From Octopus vulgaris (lineage: Eukaryota), in assembly GCA_951406725.2 (NCBI GenBank), contig OX597815.1:51274001-51338000 (forward strand): a stretch of 64,000 nucleotides of DNA, in the 5' to 3' direction. Shown here in pieces: positions 11,961-22,512 of the stretch. A program made the translations under genes and the position numbers. Under the pieces are notes generated by a model. That model saw only the letters and a list, made by a program, of their open reading frames with translations, searched no databases and was not told where the DNA came from. The number at the start of each line of letters is the position of its first letter. Position 1 is the stretch's first letter.

Positions 11961-13777
11961 GTATATATAGATAGACAGATACATTCTATTTCAAAAAATG
12001 GTTTTGTTACAGAAGGAAAATGACCTTAGTGAAAATATTAATCCAATAAATCAACATGAATATTAAACATAATTTTATTTTGAGAAGGAAACACCAAAAC
12101 ATTTTTCTGAGTGCAACACACTATATAAAGCCACCTTTTAGAGAGAATGTGGTCAGATATTTTAGAATAGTTCAAAGCCAAATGCTGCATGAAATTTAAT
12201 GGTTGCGGTATGGAATCCAAATTGTCGATTAGCTATTGATTACAATTATGTTGATGTAGAACCAAGCGGCTTTTAAGAATTTCTTTGTCAAAGGTAAAGC
12301 AGAAGACCTACATTAAGTACTCAATGAAAAGATTAAAAACAATTTGTTGTTCAGTCAAACCAAGACCAAACCATGCACATACACGCACACACACACACAC
12401 AATGTGAACACTCACATACACACATAATCAGCACTAAACCAAATGTAAAATTATTATCTGAGAGACTAAGTCAACTATTATTAGTGGTGTATTATTCAAA
12501 ATTGTGAAAAATTCTACCAATTAGTTGCTTCTGACTTTTGGTTACTGCTTAAATAGTGATATTAAGTGGCAGTGATGTACGGTAGTAGGTACATTGTTTA
12601 ATGCTCACACTAAATCTAAAATCATCGGTTAAGTAATAGGTTTACAGGCTCTCGTGTTTCAATCAATCAATAAATATTCCCTTTCAGGTCAATGCTTTGA
12701 GTGGTTAATAATTATTTGCTATTCAGAGAGCAGAAAGGACAAGTTCATTACTAAATAGTCATGAAGTTAATATAAACTGTAACAAATGTAATGATAAAGC
12801 TTGGCAGCTTTCCTGCTTTTTGTTATTTCACAATTTGATGTGGATTATAGTCACTTACACATGATACATGATATTGGAAAGAAAAAAATGGACAATCAAT
12901 AATATTTATTGATTACCTCTTGTAGATGATCTCTAGTGGACGAAAGTTAGTTATGCTTTTAATTATGATAAATTCTAAATACTGTTTAAATTAGTTTAAT
13001 TATATTAATATATTAAACTACATTAAGAGAGACATGAAGTGCTAGAAAGTCAAATTTAGACTTTTGAAGACAAATAGTGCATTTATAAGGTTAAGAACCA
13101 ATGTCTGAGAATACTGAGGCATGAGTCTAAATACAAAATTCCAACCAGATCTATCAACTTGTAGCAAGACTCCTGATGAGTTTTTGAACTATTGCGCTCA
13201 CATTCCCAACACAGGACCACAACCTACCATACTGCCATAAAAAGCATGTCCAATTATGAAGACATTGTATTACCATAAACAACATTAACACCTACACAAA
13301 CATGGCTCAACCAACTAAATCAGCTGATGTGTGACCATGTGAGCTGAAATCTTCCCAACAAATAGTCTGAGTCAAACTTTCAAGAGAAACACTATCAGAT
13401 TATAGAGTCACCCAGAAATCCACATGAAGGCATGTCACTCTGCTCCTTAAAATGGTTTCTCCCCTTGTAAGTTTCCTTACAGAACAACCTATGGTGCTAA
13501 ACAGGACTGTGTCACTCAATACTATGATAGGTGTTCTAATTTTTTTTTTTTTGGCCTATATGGTCCTGAGATGCTACTCAACTTTATACTAGTCAGCTTG
13601 TTGATAAAACATTCTTATTCCTTCAACTTAATTTGTTTTCAGTAATTACAAATTCTGACTTGGTCAATAAAATAAGTATGAGTGGAACACTGGGATCAAT
13701 GTGATCAACTTATCCCCCCTACCCTGAAATTGCTGGCCTTGTGCCAAAATTTGAAAGGAATAAGTATTTAGCAAACT

Positions 13778-14000
13778 AAGGCAGTGAGCTAGCAGAATCA
13801 CTACTGCTCTGGATAAAATGTTTAGTGGCATCATGTCTGTCTTTATGTTCTGAGTTCAAATTCTGCTGTGGTCGACTTTACTTTTCATCCTTTCAAGGTC
13901 AATAAAATAAGAATCAGTTGTGTGCTGAAGTCAATGTAATCGATTTAGCCACTACAACCCCGAAATTACTGGCCTTGTGCCAAAATTTGAAATCAGTAAT
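13778..14000 (+). mobile_element. SINE family B with 12-bp target-site duplication
   Basis: ggcagtgagctagcagaatc ... ttttcatcctttcaaggtcaataaaataag ... ggccttgtgccaaaatttgaaa, flanked by tatttagcaaac on both sides. Confidence 0.8.
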
Positions 14001-15134
14001 TATTTAGCAAACCCAGTAACCATACTAAAACCTCTTTATATTTACAGTGCTATTGTATGATGTAGTTGAGTTTTGGGATGTTTGCTATGGGCACACTAGG
14101 GCAACTGCTTCCATATCACCTCAGGACCAAGTATATAGGCAAGATCCCTGATAAAGCAGTCCTCATCCACTTTGTCCTATTTAGCACTCACACTACTATA
14201 GTCTATTAATTTAAAAGAAATATCGTTAGATTGAGAGAATTTCATGTATACTTCACTGATCTTGAAAGCAAATAAGAGGAAAAATACTAATCAGTTAATC
14301 TTCAATATCCACAAAGGACTGAATAATGACGACGATGATGATGATGATGATGATGACGGTGATGAGCTTGTTGTTGTTGTTGCTTTAAAGGGTGATGGAT
14401 TGGCAGAATCTTCAATGTGTCAGACAAAAATGTCTTGCAGTATTATTTATTTCAGTTCATTGCATTCTGAGTTCATATCTGGTCAAGGTCAAATTTGCCG
14501 TTCATACGTTTTGGAGTTACAAAAATTGTCAGCTCTCCATTGGAAGCTATAATGGAATTTCTCAATAACAGAATCAGGTGTTTACCTTGTGGATAGCACA
14601 TTGGATGTAGAAGACATAGATGAATGGGTTGACATATCATCATCATCATCGTCGTCATCATCCTTTAACGTTCACTCTTCCATATTTGCATGGATCAAAT
14701 GAAACTTGCTGATGCTCACTTACAGCTATCATGTGATGCACAAACACATGCATACATACTCCCACATGCACACACACACACATGCATACATACATGCACA
14801 CACATGTGCATACACACACACACACGACTGGTTTCTTTCAGTTTCAGTCAACTAAATCCAATCACAAAGCTTTGATCAGTCCAGGGCTATAGAAGACATT
14901 TGCAAATGGATCATGCAGTGGGACTGAACATGAGACCACATGACTGAGAAGCAAGTTTCTTAACCACACAACTATACCTGTGCCTACAACACAGCCACAC
15001 CTGCACCGAGAAAATAATGAAATAATAGTGGGTTTTTTTTTTCTTTCTTCAGGTAGATGATAGATTGGATGCATGGAAACTGAGTAGATACAGTGAACAT
15101 GAGCAGAAATAGTCTAAGAGGACTTTTGGTATAT

Positions 15135-15600
15135 GGAGGCATGTGGCTTAGTGGGTAGGGTGTTGGACTCATGATTGTAAGATCATGGTTTTGATTCTTG
15201 GATTGGGTGATACATTGCTTTCTTGTGCAAAACACTTCATCTCACTCAGCTGGCAAAAATAATCCTGCGATGGACCAGCATCCCATCCAGGTGGGGAATT
15301 TATATGCCATGGAAACTAAGAAACCAGTTCTTTTGAGTTGGCATGACTTAAGAAGGAAACTATGATGGAGGCACATGGCTTAGCGGTTAGGGTATTAGAC
15401 TCATAATTGTAAGATTGTGGTTTTGATTCCTGGACCAGGCAACATGTTATGTTCTTGAGCAAAAAACACTTCTTTTCATACTGCTCCAGTCCACTCAGCT
15501 GACAAAAATGAGTATTTCCCCTCCAGGTGGGAAATTTATATGCCATGGAAACCAGTCCTTATGAGTCAGTATGATACAAGAAGATAACTTTTTACTTTTG
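15135..15600 (+). mobile_element. two tandem SINE family C copies
   Basis: ggaggcatgtggcttagtgg at about 15135 and ggaggcacatggcttagcgg at about 15367; A/B-box-like heads and a shared body. Confidence 0.8.
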
Positions 15601-15851
15601 GTACCTATAAGATAATGCTAGTTGTTCTGTGCAAAAGCCTTTTGGTTTTGTTTTTATTTCACATAAAATCAAAAAAAGTACTACACAAACTAATTATAGC
15701 AAATTAAAAAACATAATTACAACATAAAATAAAAAAGGTAAAACTATCTTTTCAATTTTTCAATGCAACTTTTACATTTTCTAAAGACTTAATACATTAG
15801 TTCTGTTTACCATCCATATCAAAACACTCAATTCTTTTACCACCCAATTTT

Positions 15852-16967
15852 TTGCTGTCACAGAGGTGTGCTTTTAATGAAAACGGAGGAAAATATTTCA
15901 TTAATAAGGCCGAATCCAGGATTTTACAGTCAGAAAGAACACCTGTATTTTATAGTCTCCCCAAAATACACAAAAAGTTCAAAAGATTTCCTCCAATGCA
16001 CCCAATTTGCAGTGGATATGATTGTTGTACAGCCAAACTTTCGGAATGGCTGGATGGCTTTCTAGTCCCTGTCACAAAATGATCAAGTTCCTATATTTGA
16101 GATACTTTTGATTTTGTGTCTAAAATCAACAACTTTTTTAAGCACCAAAGCTATGTTAAAAACTAACCATGAATGTTTCTTCCTTATATCCCAATATTGA
16201 CCATGATGAAAGGGTTGGAGCATGCATGAATGCCTTTGAAAATCTGTCAAACAAAAGTATTCCATCAAATTTTCTCTGTAGGTTACTGAAGTTTATGTTA
16301 CAAAGTTTATTTTACCACCGGACAAGGGGTTGCATGTTGGGTACCCCCATGGCACTTAATTTTACTAATGTCTTCAGGATGAAATTCGAGACACAGTTGC
16401 TGAAGATATTCAAATCCCGACATGGTCATGAACCAATACTCTGGTTACGGTTCATTGATGGGAATGATCACAGGACAGTTTAATTGACTTCTTGCATTTC
16501 TGAGACTATTATGCTAAAAACTATGGCCTTAAATCCAACATAAAATTTATCTAGTTTTTCAAAAACTAGCATTGAAGTTTTGGACACAAAATGTTATGAT
16601 TTATACAGAAGGTGGGACTTGTAGAGATTCTCATTTGGTGTATGCAGCAGAATGCATGAAACACAACTTGACTTATGTTGATTGTACAACAGAACAATTA
16701 AACAAAAGATTTAATGGGCACAGATATGACGTCAGGCACAATAACAGTAGTTCGACAGAACTTGCCAAACATTTTGCATCAAACAACTGCAATATTGAAA
16801 AAGACTTGAAAGTGTATATTCACAGAAAATATTTTGAATCTGCCACACTTTCAGTACTCAAAATGCATAAGGTGAAATATGTTTGCAGGTTATTAACACA
16901 ACACCCTGGAGGAATAAATAAAATGACAGGAGAATTTCATCAAATTTGCACAAAACTGTTTGATTAA
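15852..16967 (+). mobile_element. Penelope-like element (Neptune-like) RT plus GIY-YIG, decayed
   Basis: TPVFYSLPKIHK..PPMHPICS, NVSSLYPNIDHDE, GCMLGTPMA, WLRFID(G); then GIY-YIG-like CRDSHLVYAAEC..TYVDCT..LNKRFNGHRYD..ELAKHF..HPGGIN; frameshifts and an internal deletion. Confidence 0.9.
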
Positions 16968-17344
16968 ATATTCTTCTTTTTACTTTTCTCTTTCTCTTTC
17001 TTTTTGCTGGTTGTAAAATTGAACTTTGATGACTGATGGTGTCATTCCATCAATGTGTAGATGCTGGTTGCTCTCATTCATATTTTGGATTTGAATTTCT
17101 ATAATTTTGAATTTTTATCACTTCATTTTGAACTCAATAAAGACAGGCTTGCTGTTGAAATATTCAACCAATAAAATATCTATTGCAATTGCATCATGCT
17201 CTTCGTATTGTCTATTTACCTTTGTGAAGGGTTACAGCAATCCTTTTAAAATATCAAAATGAAGTAGATTGAGATGATTGATTTTATGTTACACTGAATA
17301 AGAATCGGAACATTTAGAAATTCTGAAGTTACTTAAACAATTGG

Positions 17345-18800
17345 GTGTCTAAAGAAAACTGTAATGTAAATTACAGCTTTTGCATTTTATTCCTTCTTAC
17401 AGTTGACTTCTCAGCCCTGTTAGTTTCGCTAGACCCCAGCGTTGAGCCCAATCCTGGGCCAATGGATTTTGTACCATTTAAATACGAATCAGAAAATGAG
17501 AAATCAACATTTCTATCGGTTAAAAAACTTAATCATTTTCGTGCTAAAATCAAAAGCCATTTATCATTTCTGGAAACATGCAAACTAAAAAAAGTTATAC
17601 CAGACGGTCTTACATCAAATATACAAATATGTGTATCACAGCCTAATGATCCATTGCTTCAAAAGTTTAAACTGATTGGTGAGAGCAATTCATTTCACAT
17701 AATGGAAGCTATTATTGAACACTATCATTCAAAATTAGTATTGCTTGGTGCAGACATTAAGGATATTTTGTTCTTCTAAAAATCATTTGAACTATTTGTG
17801 TAATTATTTTATGAACTTTGAAAAAATGGAAATTTCAGCCCTGAAGACAAAAAATGAAAAGAAGCTGAAAAAGCTGATTTCCCATTCCTCTGAACCAGTG
17901 GGCAAGGGAACATTTTGGTTGAGAAGATTTGCTTTGAAATATAAGAAGTCATTTTTACTTTCGTGACAGATGTTATGTGACAAAATTATTGAAATTACAA
18001 GTTGAAGATCATAACAGAAGATTTTCCTGAAATTCCAATACAACCAACCATTTTTTCTCACATGGAATTTCTAACATACAGTCCACACCATACACACTTC
18101 ATTCACCACCCCAGAAACAGTCATTTTGTTTTGTCAACCAATTTTTTCAGAGATGTTTATATTTATGACAGTTTGAACTTACCAGTACCATGGGAACTAA
18201 TAGCACAAATAATAATGCTGTACTCACCACAAACATAATTCCTACAGTTTAACAAGTTCCTATTACTAATCCCCAAGTTGATGCATATAACTGTGGTCTT
18301 TTTGCCCTGGTGTACACATTTGAACTGGTCATTGCAAACACTCCAGAGAAGTTTTTATCTAATCAGTCAAAGATGCAAGCACATTTAAGATTTTGCCTTG
18401 GAAACAATAAATTTGTTCCTTTCCTGAAAATAAAGGTTTTTCAAATACCTACAAAAACCATAGAAGTCACTCAAATTCTATCACCCACCCAGAAATGGAT
18501 TACACCCAGAAAGACAACTAAAAATTATGACTTCTCACATGAACAGTCAGAACAATTTCTATCATCCAATAGGTTCCATGTTTTAAGTAAAGATTTTGAG
18601 CAAAGCACAAAAGGTAGTCAGGAATCTATATCTCTGTCTTGTAGCTTGGACTAAGTTTCTGCCCAAGCACTAATAATTTCAACAAGAATAAACTTAGCTC
18701 AAGGGCTATTTCAGTTTGTCTGCCATTACAAGCTGAAGGAATATTTTTTTAAAAAATGCAAATGAGGAGCCAGAAAATCCTATGTTAACTGAAATTAAAA
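17345..18800 (+). mobile_element. 5' part of PLE ORF (tandem copy): 2A-like motif, PLE N-domain, Ulp1/C48-like protease, GLxFCP motif
   Basis: SVEPNPGP; SHLSFLETC..VIPDGL and KKLKKL (PLE N-terminal); SHFVLST..VYIYDSL..QVDAYNCGLFAL..NQSKMQAHLRFCL (C48-like); LGLSFCPS..F..KLKEYFF (PLE pre-RT); broken by stops and frameshifts. Confidence 0.8.
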
Positions 18801-19344
18801 TGATGATTGAATCTAGTATAGTGTACTTATTTTAGTGGTATCTTTTGCTACCAAACCGTTGAGTTATAGGGATGTAAACAAACCAACACCAGTTGTCAAG
18901 TAGTGACAGATGGGACAAACACAAAGACACACACAAGCACACAGATTCATTGATTCCTTGCAATAAGAACTGTTATTCAAGAATCATTTCAGTCTTACAA
19001 ATGCTTAAGAAAATAAGTTGAATTGTTACTTAATTAAGTTATGAAAATAATCTTCATGTTTCTCGTGTTACGGGAGTTTTTTTTCTTTCATAAAATTACT
19101 TTCAAAATGTTTACTAAAAATGTTTTATATGAAAAGTGGAAACAAAAGTCAATGCAAGAATATTCAATGCAAAGAAATCTTTTGATTAAGCGCAATGTCA
19201 CAGAAACAAAAATAAGTAAATGGACTAGATGCACAAGTAGGAAAATATAAACAATTATCTGTAAATAGATTACACCTTCCACCCCAAGTGCTTTGAAAGT
19301 AATAATATTTACTAATTTGATGATGATGGTAATGATAATAACAA

Positions 19345-19600
19345 CAATGGTTTCAAATTTGGGCACAAGGCCAGCATTGTTTGAGAGAGAGGAAGTTAAT
19401 TACATTGACCCCATTGCTCAACTGGTACCTATTTTATCAACCCTGAAAGGATGAAAAGTAAAGTCAGCCTTGACAGAATTTTAACTCAGAATGTAAGGAC
19501 TGACATAATGCTGCTAAGCATTTTGTCAGTCCTTACATTCTGAGTGTGTGCTAACAATTCTGTCCGGTGTGCTAACAATTCTGCCAGTATGCCACCTTAA
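19345..19600 (-). mobile_element. SINE family B with an internal inversion
   Basis: Reverse-complement body with a 22-bp inverted duplication and a duplicated tgtgctaacaattctg. Confidence 0.8.
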
Positions 19601-20344
19601 CAGCAGCAGCAACAACAATGAACAACATGTTCCATTCAAACTTGCTTGGATTTCTTCACTGAAGAAAATGTAAAATGACTTGAGGCTGCAAGGTAAATAG
19701 CAAAGATGCATTTATTTTTGTAAACTTCTCCAAAATCTTTTCAGTTATGGAACAAATTAGTAATGAGAGAATTAGAAAGTTGAAATAAAAACTTTCACCT
19801 TGCAATGAGGCAATGGTACTTTTTTAGCTGCATTGTATAACAACTTAGAAAATGAGGTAAGATAGTTTTCTGAGAACATCAAATGTAAAACTGTCAGAAC
19901 ACTTGTCAGACATCACTTTGTCAAATAATATTAAATACTTGAAGTGAGCTTTATTTTCATTCCGCTATTGTTGCTTTGGAGGCATCCACCCCTACATCCA
20001 TGTTTTTGGAAACAGCTGTGAGTACCAAATATTTCCATACGCTCATAGATACATCCATTTTTAGCAGGGCAACTATCAGTGAGTGAATTCCAGTGTAGAA
20101 TGCTAATTTTAGTTTTCATAGCCAGAATATTAAAGGTGGTTTGTCTAGTTATCAAGCAGACAAACACACTTCTTAGGTGTTTATTCAAATGGAATTTTTC
20201 TGTCAGCTGTTTGGTTGTTATTTGGATATAAACAAAACATTTCTTACTCTTGCTCATTAGAACAGAAATTAGCAAACTGTTAATAAATCAAGACAGTTCT
20301 CTACCATTACAAAGAAAGCAAATTTGGAATGAACTTTCATTTTT

Positions 20345-20660
20345 TCATCATCATTAAACATCTGTTTCCATGCTGGCATGGGTTGGATGGTTTGACAGGA
20401 GCTACCCAGACTCCATGTCTGTTTTGTCATGGTGTCTATGGCTGGATACCCTTCCTAATGCCAACCACTTTACAGAGAATATAGGGTGCTTTTACACAGC
20501 ACTGGCAAGGGTACATTTATGTGACTCCAGTATGGGTGCTTTTTAGGTGACACCAACACCCACAAGCCCACAAGATTAGGATCGCTCAGCTGGAGATGGA
20601 TGTAAGCAACCATGTTTTTACTTAGCTTGACATGTGTTCTCAACCACAGCAAACCGCCAG
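20345..20660 (-). mobile_element. RTE 3'-tail-derived repeat
   Basis: catcatcattaaacatctgtttccatgctggcatgggttggatgg...ccttcctaatgccaaccac. Confidence 0.75.
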
Positions 20661-20712
20661 AATGAAAGGCAAAGTTGACCTCAGCAGAACTTGATCTCAA
20701 ATTCAGTTTCAT

Positions 20713-21274
20713 TTAACCCTTTTGTTAATCTGCTAGAGACTCTTACCCTGGTTCTTTGATACTAACTTACTGTTACAAAGTGACCTAAATTAAAATCTTT
20801 GACCAAATTTCATATTGATTTATGTTCCAAATACTAGCATCATAAAAAAGGCACATGGCTCAGTGGTTAGAGCATCAGGCTTACAGTCATGAAGTAGTAA
20901 GTTTGATTCCTGGACTGAGCTGCGTGCTGTGTTCTTGAGCAAGAAACTTTATTTCACATTGCTCCAGTTCACTCAGCTGTAGAAATGAGTTGCAACATCA
21001 CTGGTGCCAAGCTGTATCAGCTTTTGCCTTTCCCTTGGATAACATTGGTGGCATGGAGGTGGGAGGCTGGTATGCATAGGTGACTTCTGGTCTTCCACAA
21101 ATAACTTTACCCAGACTTGGGTCTTGGAAGGGAACTTTCTAGGTGCAATCGCATGATCATTCATGATCAAAAGGGGTCTTTACTAGCTACATAATGATAA
21201 AGTTATTCTACTAAATTCTTCCTTATTTTCAAAATTAATTGAATCAAAAATCACATATATAACAAAATGGTTAA
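20713..21274. mobile_element. piggyBac-like MITE interrupted by a SINE family C-type copy (about 20850-21180)
   Basis: TTAA-CCCTTTTGTTA ... TAACAAAATGG-TTAA ends; body related to 30356-30585 in the opposite orientation. Confidence 0.65.
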
Positions 21275-22074
21275 ATATATTTCTCATTGCTTTTTCAGTA
21301 TGTTTTTACCATTGAAAAAAATAATTATGCGTACACATGTACAACATTGGCTACCCATTCATACAATTGGTTATTTTTGTGAGAAGTTTCTCTATATGTT
21401 GGTTGCAATAAGCAATTCTTGCAATGTTTTTATTCTGCAAGATCTAACTATAGTTAAAAGAAGGCCTGGGAAGAATAACAGGTGTTATTGTGTTGGAAAT
21501 GACTTCAAAGATCCAGTGTTAGGGTGACACAGTAGCACTCACAGTAATAAATGCACCTAACACTTCATTTCATTTGTTATGTACTCGTTGGCACTAACAA
21601 GAGCATTGAAGTAGAAAAAAATAATTCTAAGGACATTGATGTTTGGGAGTAGTTACATCATGCTTAAAGTACATCCATTCATAAACAAGCCCCTTCTATA
21701 TAACAGCAAGGGGTCTCCTAATTTCTGGAGTACTTAAACACTTCAGGGTTGATAAGTAGGTTTAAACAAACTCAGTCTTGTATTTGAGAAACAGCATCTC
21801 ACTAGAAAAACGCCTTTTGATGTACAGCAGAACCTAGCTGGACTAAATTTGGTTAAACGATAATGTGCAAATTTTACTAATAAATATTGGTGACTGTAGA
21901 CATAGAATCATCTGGACATGAATATTTCTATTGACATTCAGCTAGAAAGGACGAATAGAAAAATATAAAACAGAGGTGGAGAACAGAACATGAAAGTGAG
22001 CAGATAGCAACTATAAAATACATGCATTAGGTTGACAAGAACAATAACAATACTGTAACACTAAAATATTCTTT

Positions 22075-22280
22075 AATTCTTGTTTCAATCATTTGACTGT
22101 GGCCATGCTGGAGCACTGCTTTAAAGGGTATTTTTTAGTCAAAGAAATTGACCCTAGGGCTTATTCTTTGTAAGCCTAGTACCTATTCTATCAGTCTCTT
22201 TTGCCAAGTTACAGGGACGTAACACACCAACATCAGTTGTCAAGCAATGGTGGTGGGGGACAAACACTGACACCCCACCC

Positions 22281-22342
<62 letters not shown>

Positions 22343-22512
22343 ATACATACAATGGGCTTTTTTAGCTTTTGTCTACTAAATCCACTCACAAGGATTTGTT
22401 CAGCCCGATGACATAGCAGAAGGTACTTGCCCAAGGTGCCACACAGTGGGACTGAACCCAGAACCATGTGGTTGGGAAGGCAAGCCTCTTACCACACAGC
22501 CACACCTGCACC
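22075..22512 (-). mobile_element. SINE family A, full length with internal (TA)n
   Basis: Reverse complement of 51412-51835. Confidence 0.9.

Noticed and set aside
19931-20275. 114-aa Cys-containing ORF
   Set aside because: No motif or splice support; within chance expectation
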